Part shown: positions 24,577 through 32,149 of the stretch, in pieces | Layout: every line of letters starts with the position of its first letter | How positions within the stretch are numbered: the stretch's first letter is position 1 | Origin: an uncultured Pirellulales bacterium | GTDB lineage: Bacteria; Planctomycetota; Phycisphaerae; Sedimentisphaerales; Anaerobacaceae | Assembly: GCA_964434085.1 (NCBI GenBank) | Contig: CAYSTP010000002.1 | Location: 1-41,021, forward strand | Direction of reading: 5' to 3' | DNA: 41,021 nucleotides | Made by a program: the position numbers and the translations under genes | Notes under the pieces: model-generated | Databases searched by the model: none | What the model was told of the DNA's origin: nothing | What the model saw: the letters and a program-made list of their open reading frames with translations, nothing else

Positions 24577-26001
24577 CTAATTAACTGAAGCAATTTCGTC
24601 CTGTCGTTGCGAATCTATTTGGGTTTCCAACCCAATCAAAAGCTCATTGATTTTTGACAGTTGCTGTTTTTGAGAGTAGTTCTGCTCAACAAACTGCCGA
24701 TATCGCGCAGGCTCGTACCGCCCGGACTGAATCTGTTCGCAGAACTGCTCGAAAGTATTAAAAAGAAACTCATCAGGGTAAATCTCACAGGCGCCCGGGA
24801 AATTATGTATCACCGGTTTAAGACCCGAAGCCATACCCTGCATTACCCCCATCCCCTGACTTTCGATGATACTGCTTGAAACTATATAGTGTTTGTCCGC
24901 CAGCCAGTTATTTACGTCCGCCTGCCAGCCGTCAAACAGCACTATACCAGTAAGTCGCGTCTGATTTATCATGTGGCGCATATACTGCTCGAGCGCACCG
25001 TCCTGGAACGCACCTGCAACAAAGAGCCGATATTCAGGGTCGATACAATGAAGCTTCTGCATGCACTGCAATAGAAATGGCAGGTTTTTGACCATCCGCA
25101 GATTGCCCACGAAGGCAATATTCTTTCCACGCGGCCGCTCCACAAATTCCATTGCATCCAGGTCCACTCCGTTCGGTATCGTCACTATTGAAGTTGATGG
25201 ACTGATTTGACCGGTCGCATTTAACAAGGCCTTCATCACAAAGCTGTTGCCGACCGTTACAAGCACATCCACATTGGTCCAATTAACCTGTCTGGGAATA
25301 TCCGTATAAGCCTCATAACGATGAAGCCGGACAATCGTTTTGCACACCTTAGGTCCGTTGGAACCTATAACCGCAAGGTCGGTGCACCACTCGAACCAGC
25401 TTATATCCGACCACTGCATCAATTCGTACAGTTCGTCTTTCGTACGTCCGGTAAAATGGCGTATTTCAAATCTATTCCTGATATAATCGCAAACAGGGTC
25501 GAGAAACGTACTGCCGTCAGCGCCGCAGAAAAAGGCGATTCTCGGCCTCTTGCTTTTTATCACTGTCAGCATGTGTTCAAGTATCTCCTGGCCGGGCCAG
25601 CAATCCATCGACCGCAGCAGAACTTCAACAGCGCCGGCCTGGCTGCCCTGGTCCAGGAACAGTTTTGCAGTACGGTTCAACAACTCGGGGTTCAGAATCC
25701 CTGCTTCTTGGGCCTGGTCAAACAAAGCTTCGGCTTCGCCCGCCTTTCCCGCCGCGATATAAACCTCAATCAGATTCATCAGAATCTGTGGGCTGTCGCC
25801 CCCGAACTGTCGCGCCCTCAGCAGGTAATCTATGGCCTGGCCAGACCGACCCAGACAATGCAATAAGGCGCCGGCGTCATTTAATGCCTCGACATCCTCC
25901 GGTACTGCCCGCAGGTACTCTATGACACAGGATAAAGCCTCTTCATGTCTGCCTGCCTCGGTCAGGGCCATGGCTTTTTCGTATTTTTCCTTATTTCCCA
26001 T
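24577..26001 (-). CDS. TPR-domain glycosyltransferase (N-terminal TPR, C-terminal GT-B/GT4-like); architecture as in flagellin glycosyltransferase FlmG
   Basis: TPR repeats (KYEKAMALTEAGRHEEALSCVIEYLRAVPEDVEALNDAGALLHCLGR...) followed by a GT-B half (IPNGVDLD...FVGNL...SSSIIESQGMGVMQGMASGLKPVIHNF). I chose the ATG at 26001 as start, with GGGAG 9 nt upstream. The maximal ORF begins at a TTG (26067) inside a palindromic repeat. Confidence 0.8.
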   Translation of the reverse strand: MGNKEKYEKAMALTEAGRHEEALSCVIEYLRAVPEDVEALNDAGALLHCLGRSGQAIDYLLRARQFGGDSPQILMNLIEVYIAAGKAGEAEALFDQAQEAGILNPELLNRTAKLFLDQGSQAGAVEVLLRSMDCWPGQEILEHMLTVIKSKRPRIAFFCGADGSTFLDPVCDYIRNRFEIRHFTGRTKDELYELMQWSDISWFEWCTDLAVIGSNGPKVCKTIVRLHRYEAYTDIPRQVNWTNVDVLVTVGNSFVMKALLNATGQISPSTSIVTIPNGVDLDAMEFVERPRGKNIAFVGNLRMVKNLPFLLQCMQKLHCIDPEYRLFVAGAFQDGALEQYMRHMINQTRLTGIVLFDGWQADVNNWLADKHYIVSSSIIESQGMGVMQGMASGLKPVIHNFPGACEIYPDEFLFNTFEQFCEQIQSGRYEPARYRQFVEQNYSQKQQLSKINELLIGLETQIDSQRQDEIASVN

Positions 26002-26055
26002 GGGTTTTGCTCCCTGTTTCATCAAGAAACCCGAGATAGCCCACGAAAACAGCTT

Positions 26056-26094
26056 GGGGCCCCTCAAACGCGATAGGTTGCGCTTGGGGAGTCC
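26056..26094. repeat. GC-clamped palindromic repeat, family 1, copy 1
   Basis: GGGGCCCCTCAAACGCGATAGGTTGCGCTTGGGGAGTCC. The arms CCCTCAAACGC / GCGCTTGGGG can pair. It lies in the leader between the sigma-54 promoter (26134-26148) and the TPR-GT start. Confidence 0.8.
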
Positions 26095-26133
26095 ACCTGA
26101 ACTATCTGCGCACTAATACTCACAGGCGAATAT

Positions 26134-26148
26134 GCAAATCCCGTGCCG
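26134..26148 (-). promoter_or_regulatory. Sigma-54 (-24/-12) promoter upstream of the glycosylation gene block
   Basis: The minus strand reads CGGCAC-GGGAT-TTGCA compared with TGGCAC-N5-TTGCW. It sits in the 261-nt gap between the flgL stop and the TPR-GT start. Confidence 0.55.
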
Positions 26149-26262
26149 CTCGCAAAAACCGGCACTTGCGGCCCCATTTAGACAGACTAAATGCCGACGG
26201 CGTATAATTATCAAACATAGATGTCTCTGAGCCGGGGAAATACCCTCTCCCCCTAGGCCTGA

Positions 26263-27444
26263 TTACAGGTAATCCAGCAGCGAGACGTTCAGCAGCTTGC
26301 CGGCCATGGAAAGCGACATCTGGTAGAGAATCTCACGCCTCGAAAGGTCTATAGCAAGCTGGGCAATATCCGCCTGCTCAACCCGGGCCTTTTCATCCTC
26401 AGTGCTGTATTGCAGGGTCTCAAGATTGCCCTTGAGCTCTTCCAGAAACCCGATTTTGGCGCCGACCATCACCGATTTTTGAATCAAAACACCGTTCAGC
26501 TCATCGATAGCGGCAAAGGCGTTGGCCCGCAGTTCTTCCATATCGGCTGTAGTCAGCCCCTCGGTGGCAAGTCGGTCCCGCAGGGTAATCAGCGCGTTGA
26601 AAACATCATATGTACCGGGCACTCGCACCCACTCAGTGCCGGTGGTGTTTATGCCGGTCGTGTCCACGTAAAGTACCTGGCCTGTCCGCGAGTCCGTGAC
26701 CATCTGGTTGGCGTTGCCACCGGGGGGCACCACAACGTCCGTAAGACCGCCGTCGATTGATATTCGATAATTGCTGCCGTCATGCGTAACCGTCAGCCAT
26801 ACGTCTCCGCGAACACTGCTGGTCCCGGTCCCCGCTGCAGCGCCGCAGTCTCCGCTGAAAACCGGCTCGGACCTCACATCCGACCGAAACAGCTCATCTC
26901 CGGAATAAAAAGCCGAAGCATCAACTCCTGGCGCCACCTCAACATCACGCCTCAAATCACTGCCCTGGTAGGTCACAGACGTTATCCTGCCGTCAACTCT
27001 CGTAACCGCGTAAGGAGCGGTCGAAGTATTCGAGCCCGCGAAGATATATTTGCCGCTGTGTTTCGAGTTCGCCGCCGCAACTATCCTGTCCAGGGCATCG
27101 TTTATACCCTCAACTGTAACATTCAAGCTGACGCCGCCTCCGGTCCCGCCTGTTACATCACCAAGAAGTTTCTTGGCTTCGGCCAGTGCGCTCTTGATAT
27201 CATCGATGGCGATACTGGCGTATTCCAGAACGTCCGACACCTCCGACAGATTATCGAGGTAGTTTGCGATGGACCTTTGCTGCGAACTGAGATTCAGCAC
27301 ACGATAAGCAGCCGAAGGCGCATCGCTGGCCCGATTGATACGCGAACCCGTCGTGACCTGTTCCTGAAGTCTGAGTATCTCACGAGCATTCAGGCTCAAC
27401 CCGAAACTCACATTGTTGTACAGACTGCTAAGTGTTCCACCCAT
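26263..27444 (-). CDS. flgL: Flagellar hook-filament junction protein FlgL (HAP3)
   Basis: LQEQVTTGSRINRASDAPSAA and GKYIFAGSNTSTAPY match FlgL motifs. The C-terminus LAIDLSRREILYQMSLSMAGKLLNVSLLDYL is a flagellin-type helix. It lies directly downstream of flgK. Confidence 0.85.
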   Translation of the reverse strand: MGGTLSSLYNNVSFGLSLNAREILRLQEQVTTGSRINRASDAPSAAYRVLNLSSQQRSIANYLDNLSEVSDVLEYASIAIDDIKSALAEAKKLLGDVTGGTGGGVSLNVTVEGINDALDRIVAAANSKHSGKYIFAGSNTSTAPYAVTRVDGRITSVTYQGSDLRRDVEVAPGVDASAFYSGDELFRSDVRSEPVFSGDCGAAAGTGTSSVRGDVWLTVTHDGSNYRISIDGGLTDVVVPPGGNANQMVTDSRTGQVLYVDTTGINTTGTEWVRVPGTYDVFNALITLRDRLATEGLTTADMEELRANAFAAIDELNGVLIQKSVMVGAKIGFLEELKGNLETLQYSTEDEKARVEQADIAQLAIDLSRREILYQMSLSMAGKLLNVSLLDYL

Positions 27445-27463
27445 TTGTGGCCCCGTCTATTTA

Positions 27464-29449
27464 TCACATTATCGTCATAAGACTTTCCATAGTGGACTGA
27501 ACCGTGCTCAGGTACTTCGCCATCGACTGAAACATCTGCTCGAATATCAAAAGTTGCGCCGCCTCTTCGTTGATGTCAACACCGCTGATGTCATCTCGCT
27601 GATTAGTCAGATTCTGCACAATCACCATCAGATTATCTTCACGCATCTGCCTTATCGACAACTGCTGGCCGACATCAGTCACCAGCTTACGGTGGAAGGT
27701 GCCTATCGACATATTGTCAAGGCTGCTGATAGGTTCATCTTTCAACTGGCTCATTCGCAGAGCATTGTAATTATCCGTACCATCCGCTCCCAGAGACGTG
27801 GCCACGCGTGTAGGGTCCTCGGTGATTTGCGAGCGTACCGCTATATTCAGCGCACCGCTGCCGCTGAAAAAGCAGTTCACCCCCAAAGCCGCAAGCAACC
27901 CGGAAGTGTCCGTACTTGCAAAAGCAGCGACTTGAAAACTGTCGGTTGCCCCGAAGTCTCCGACGCCGACCGATATATCGATTCCGTTGCCGATGGAAAG
28001 TTTGTCGCCTGCCGCATAACCTTGGCCGATGTTCAGGGTCTTAATGACCTGCCCTGCCCCGTTTCTCACCGTAAGAGTCAAAGTATCATTACCTACAATA
28101 CCCGCTCCGGACACCTCGAAACTAAAGGTGTCGTTCTGAGAGCCGGTGTAGATACCGGATACCGTGATGGTCGGTACGGTTCCGCCGCTCAAACTGCTTG
28201 CGGTTGGTGTCGGCAGAACAGCAGGAAGGAAGTCGAATTTATAATTGGCAGCCGACTGCTCGATATGCAGACCAAGTGCGTCATACCAGCAGTTCAGACC
28301 CGTAATCGCGTTAATCTCATTAGCAACGTCTGATACGGTCAAACCCACAAGTGGGTCGGCAGGGACTATAGTGGCAAGGTCTATTTCATGTCTGCTTATT
28401 GTATCCGTTGCTGTGTCGGTGACTCTTATATATACCTTGCCGTCGGTGATGGGAGGCTCGAAGTTAGCGAGCACCTCATCCGTCAGCGGCCAGCCGTCAA
28501 GCCCCGTAAACGAGCCGTGCGAACCCATGCCCTGGACCTGGAAACTATTGACCTGGCGGATGAGAGCCAATGCAAGGTCATCGAGATCCTGAGCTACGTC
28601 GGCAAAAACCGTGTTCTTCAGATTCATCAGCCCTGCAAGTTTGCCGCCGCTGACGTATTTAGTATAGTTGAGCGCACCTTTTACAGTGAGCCCCAGACTA
28701 CCGTCGTCCATTATCCCGGTTTCAAGCTCGGTTGCTCTCGTTGCAATAACAACCGCGATACCTCCCGCCTCCACATCAACTACCCCGTTGTCACGCTCGA
28801 ACACACTGACCCCGATAATCTCCGAAAGCTCGGTTATCAGCTGGTCTCTCTCGTCGCGCAGATTGTTGGCCTTAGTACCCTGAAGCTCCATCTTCTCGAT
28901 ATCATCGTTAAGCCTGGCGATTTGATTGATAATAGCATTGGCCTGCTCTACATAGTTCTCCGCTTCCAACTGTATCTGGGCGTCAAGTTCACCAAGAAAT
29001 GAGCCGAGTGTACGGAATTTAGTGGCCAGAGTCTCTGCGCTGGTAACAACCTGTCTCTGCCAGACAATCTCATCGGTATGATTAGTCAGGTCGGCGAATG
29101 CATTGAACAGATTGTCAATCGCCTCATTCAGACCGCCACTGCCGGATAGTTCGCCCAAAGCGGTCTCAACCGTCTGTAGTGTGTCATATTCCTGCGATAC
29201 CTGCGCTAGCGACGAGCCTTGGCGAAGAAGTTCCTTCTCCAGCAGGTTATCAACCATGCGCGTAATACTCGAGGATTTGACCCCGCCGCCGATAATCGCC
29301 GACTGCCTGACGGTGCTGTAAGCGGGTGTAAAATTGATTCGCTGCCGGTGATAGCCCGGCGTGGCCGCATTGGCAAGATTGTTGCCGATTATATCGAGCG
29401 CCTTCTGAGCCGCCTGAAGCCCGCTTATGCCTATGGAAAGATTGGACAT
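27464..29449 (-). CDS. flgK: Flagellar hook-associated protein FlgK (HAP1)
   Basis: MSNLSIGISGLQAAQKALDIIGNNLANAATPGYHRQ N-terminus. C-terminus SGVDINEEAAQLLIFEQMFQSMAKYL. Confidence 0.92.
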   Translation of the reverse strand: MSNLSIGISGLQAAQKALDIIGNNLANAATPGYHRQRINFTPAYSTVRQSAIIGGGVKSSSITRMVDNLLEKELLRQGSSLAQVSQEYDTLQTVETALGELSGSGGLNEAIDNLFNAFADLTNHTDEIVWQRQVVTSAETLATKFRTLGSFLGELDAQIQLEAENYVEQANAIINQIARLNDDIEKMELQGTKANNLRDERDQLITELSEIIGVSVFERDNGVVDVEAGGIAVVIATRATELETGIMDDGSLGLTVKGALNYTKYVSGGKLAGLMNLKNTVFADVAQDLDDLALALIRQVNSFQVQGMGSHGSFTGLDGWPLTDEVLANFEPPITDGKVYIRVTDTATDTISRHEIDLATIVPADPLVGLTVSDVANEINAITGLNCWYDALGLHIEQSAANYKFDFLPAVLPTPTASSLSGGTVPTITVSGIYTGSQNDTFSFEVSGAGIVGNDTLTLTVRNGAGQVIKTLNIGQGYAAGDKLSIGNGIDISVGVGDFGATDSFQVAAFASTDTSGLLAALGVNCFFSGSGALNIAVRSQITEDPTRVATSLGADGTDNYNALRMSQLKDEPISSLDNMSIGTFHRKLVTDVGQQLSIRQMREDNLMVIVQNLTNQRDDISGVDINEEAAQLLIFEQMFQSMAKYLSTVQSTMESLMTIM

Positions 29450-29467
29450 TCCCTTGCCTCGATTCTT

Positions 29468-29989
29468 TTAAAACTGCAAATTCACAAAAGCGATTTCACC
29501 GCCCCTGCTCGTGCCGCCGCGCGCATCATAGGTAATACCGCATGCCTGTCCGGTTTCAAGAATTGTATTCAACAGCATATTGTTAAAACGCGCCAGGTCA
29601 GCCAGCAGCATTACAGTACCTGCGTGCTCATTCTGCAGTCTCGAAATCACATCCTGCAGCCGCCTTCGTACTTGTCCCACATGTATCGCCTGCTCAGCCG
29701 ACACAGTTTGCTGCAATCTGCCAAGCCTTACCTCGTCAACAGGCCAGCCAAGAATCCGGGCAATTTGCCGCCTTAACTGCTCCCGCAATTTCTGATTTTC
29801 AATATATTCCCGGGATTGTGACTGTATCTGCTCAAGCAAACGGTTTAGGCCCGAATCGTCGCGCCTGATTACCAGCTCACGCAGTTCACTGAGCTTTTCG
29901 ATACTGCGCTCAATATGCACAAGGTCCTTTTGCAGAACCAAAAGCAATTCATCTACTCTTTCTGTCAGCTCTGTCGTCGTAGTGTTCAT
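29468..29989 (-). CDS. flgN: FlgN-family export chaperone (for FlgK/FlgL)
   Basis: 173-aa helical protein immediately upstream of flgK. Has a FlgN-like heptad pattern (VDELLLVLQKDLVHIERSIEKLSELRELVIRRDDSGLNRLLEQIQ). Confidence 0.6.
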   Translation of the reverse strand: MNTTTTELTERVDELLLVLQKDLVHIERSIEKLSELRELVIRRDDSGLNRLLEQIQSQSREYIENQKLREQLRRQIARILGWPVDEVRLGRLQQTVSAEQAIHVGQVRRRLQDVISRLQNEHAGTVMLLADLARFNNMLLNTILETGQACGITYDARGGTSRGGEIAFVNLQF

Positions 29990-30360
29990 ATCTGCTTATC
30001 AACCGTTTCTAACTGACCATTGTCCTTTTGTTCCATCTGAGAAAGCGATTCGTAAATTTGCTTGGCCAGCCCGAATCCGCCGTTGCTTCCTATGTACTGA
30101 GAAAGATACAAATTTAAAATGCCCTTAACCTGGCCGAACGCCTGGTCATGCTCCTCGCCCCAGTCACCAATGGTATTGCTCATCTGGTCCAGCAGTTTGC
30201 CGATAAGAAGCGATTCAAAATCCTCAGCCAGCTTTTTCTTCTGCTCATCCCCCCGTGAGGGGTCCTGCAGAGGGGCGTTTTCGATACCTTTAACGTGCGG
30301 CAGAATCTCAGGCGGCAAAACCGGTTCGGTCAGTATTGTATTGCTGATATCCATAGGCAA
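29986..30360 (-). CDS. flgJ: Rod-binding protein (FlgJ N-terminal domain only, no muramidase domain)
   Basis: 124 aa with KKLAEDFESLLIGKLLDQM, resembling the FlgJ rod-binding motif. It sits between flgI and flgN. The C-terminal peptidoglycan hydrolase domain is absent. Confidence 0.7.
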   Translation of the reverse strand: MPMDISNTILTEPVLPPEILPHVKGIENAPLQDPSRGDEQKKKLAEDFESLLIGKLLDQMSNTIGDWGEEHDQAFGQVKGILNLYLSQYIGSNGGFGLAKQIYESLSQMEQKDNGQLETVDKQI

Positions 30361-30363
30361 CTC

Positions 30364-31482
30364 CTACATGATTTCGAGCTTGGCCTGCAGCGCACCTGCT
30401 TTTTTCAGTGCATTGAATATAGCTATCAAATCGGTCGGTGTAGCACCGATAGCGTTTAATGAATTAGCCAGCTCGGAAACCGTCACCACACGCGGCACCG
30501 GAATCAGATAACCCTGTTCCTCATCTATGCCTATGAGGGTCTCGGGAACGGTTACCGTCTGGCCCGCATCTGAAAAAGGCGCCGTCGGCTGGGACACGTT
30601 GGCAGTTTCTGAAACCTTTACTACGAGACTGCCCTGAGATATTGCCACTTCCGATATGCCCACGTTTTCACCAACCACGATTGTTCCGGTGCGCTCGTTA
30701 ATCACAACCACAGCCGGTGCATCAACAACCACATCGGGGCTTGTTGCAGCATCTATAAAGCCCGCTATTTCATCATCTCCAGTTTCATCCGGCACCTGAA
30801 CCTTCACCGTACCCGCATCAAGCACGACTGTACTTGACGGATAGACCCTGTTTATGGCAAGTCTGATGCGCTGGGCCGTTGAGAAATCACTGTTACGAAG
30901 ATTCAAAGTTACATACCTACGGCCCGAAAGATATTCGACGAAGCTGGCAAGTTCTTCTCGCTCTACTGTCGCGCCGTTCGGTATCCGTCCCACCGTCTGA
31001 TGGTTTTTACTGATAGAGCCCTGGTCACCCGACGCGGTCCAGCCGCTGATTGATATCGGCCCCTGGGCAACGGCATAAACCTGCCCATCCAGTCCCGGAC
31101 CATCGAGTCCTTTCAAAGGTGTGGGTAAAAGTATCCCACCCTTTAGACTTTCGGCGTCTCCGACTGACGAAACATCAACATCAAGGCTGCTGCCTTGGCG
31201 AGCAAAGGGACCTAATTCGGTCGTTACCATTACAACCGCGACGTTGCCGCCTTTAAGTTCGTCAGGTGAAAGCACAACACCCGAATCTCTGAAAATCTTG
31301 GCAAGTATCTGCTGCGACGGCAATGTAGAATCCCCCGTATCGGCAAGGCCCACCACCAGGCCTATACCCGTCAGCGGGTTCCCACGAACACCCTGAATAT
31401 CAACAATGTCTTTTATCCGCTGGCCATGCGCCGCTATCATACAGGCCACAACCAGAATCGAAGCTGTCAACACTCTTTTCAT
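30364..31482 (-). CDS. flgI: Flagellar P-ring protein FlgI
   Basis: Signal peptide, then RIKDIVDIQGVRGNPLTGIGLVVGLADTGDS. C-terminal LIAIFNALKKAGALQAKLEIM. Confidence 0.95.
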   Translation of the reverse strand: MKRVLTASILVVACMIAAHGQRIKDIVDIQGVRGNPLTGIGLVVGLADTGDSTLPSQQILAKIFRDSGVVLSPDELKGGNVAVVMVTTELGPFARQGSSLDVDVSSVGDAESLKGGILLPTPLKGLDGPGLDGQVYAVAQGPISISGWTASGDQGSISKNHQTVGRIPNGATVEREELASFVEYLSGRRYVTLNLRNSDFSTAQRIRLAINRVYPSSTVVLDAGTVKVQVPDETGDDEIAGFIDAATSPDVVVDAPAVVVINERTGTIVVGENVGISEVAISQGSLVVKVSETANVSQPTAPFSDAGQTVTVPETLIGIDEEQGYLIPVPRVVTVSELANSLNAIGATPTDLIAIFNALKKAGALQAKLEIM

Positions 31483-31517
31483 AACTATTGCTTCCCAACA
31501 GGTTTATATCGCGATGT

Positions 31518-32144
31518 TTAGAACAGCCAGATTTTGTCGAAGAATCTGCCAAGCCAGTTAGGCCTGGTAAATGGCGCCGAATGGCCGTCGTTCTTGGTCA
31601 CAAGATGGAAGTTCCCAACACGCCTGCTTTCCACAATATTACCAAACGAGATGTCCTCCGTGCGGACTATACCGCTGGCCTCAATCGTCTGGATGTCGCC
31701 TGCAATCTCTCGTTCGCGCTCGCCCGCCACCACCAGATTGCCGTTAGGCATAACATCAACAACTACAACTGTGATGTAGTCCACAAAGCTTCGTTCGTCC
31801 TTATAGTCCGCCTTGCCGTCAAGATTGTTCGTGTATTCGTCACCTATTCCGAAAGTTACTGCCGGTACATTCGGTATAATATGGTCGATTCCAACTTCGC
31901 CGCTGAATTGCTGGTTCCTCTTGGTCTTCTTTTCGAGTGTTCTTGTGGCCTTGTTGTCAACCGTGCTGTCTTCGTCTATCTTGATAGTCAGTATGTCACC
32001 GATATTACGGGCAACGTCATCGGCGTACATATCCTTCATCTTCTTGTCTCTTCGCGCCCAGATTGACCCAGCCTGGGCTGAAAAGACAGACGAAAATACT
32101 ATGGCTCCAACCAGCAGACAAATTACTTTTGTTCTCATAGTCAC
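31518..32144 (-). CDS. flgH: Flagellar L-ring lipoprotein FlgH
   Basis: SIWARRDKKMKDMYADDVARNIGDILTIKIDE and NGNLVVAGEREREIAGDIQTIEASGIVRTEDI are FlgH signatures. Confidence 0.92.
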   Translation of the reverse strand: MTMRTKVICLLVGAIVFSSVFSAQAGSIWARRDKKMKDMYADDVARNIGDILTIKIDEDSTVDNKATRTLEKKTKRNQQFSGEVGIDHIIPNVPAVTFGIGDEYTNNLDGKADYKDERSFVDYITVVVVDVMPNGNLVVAGEREREIAGDIQTIEASGIVRTEDISFGNIVESRRVGNFHLVTKNDGHSAPFTRPNWLGRFFDKIWLF

Positions 32145-32149
32145 ATCCC

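Noticed and set aside
26002-26067. Longer N-terminal extension of the TPR-GT ORF (TTG start at 26067, MRGPKLFSWAISGFL...)
   Set aside because: The TTG and the first codons fall inside the family-1 palindromic repeat. A downstream ATG (26001) has a GGGAG Shine-Dalgarno 9 nt upstream.
27413-28333. 306-aa plus-strand ORF. Similar long antisense ORFs occur at 26782-27480, 28388-29002, 33412-33915, 34671-35348, 15717-16538, 12987-13487, 7085-7648, 6186-6581, 688-1134 and 25321-25866.
   Set aside because: All lie antisense to ORFs with strong family signatures (flgK, flgL, flgG, the PilZ gene, the giant ORF, flhB, fliR, fliJ, TPR-GT). None shows a recognisable motif, and their compositions are shadow-frame-like.
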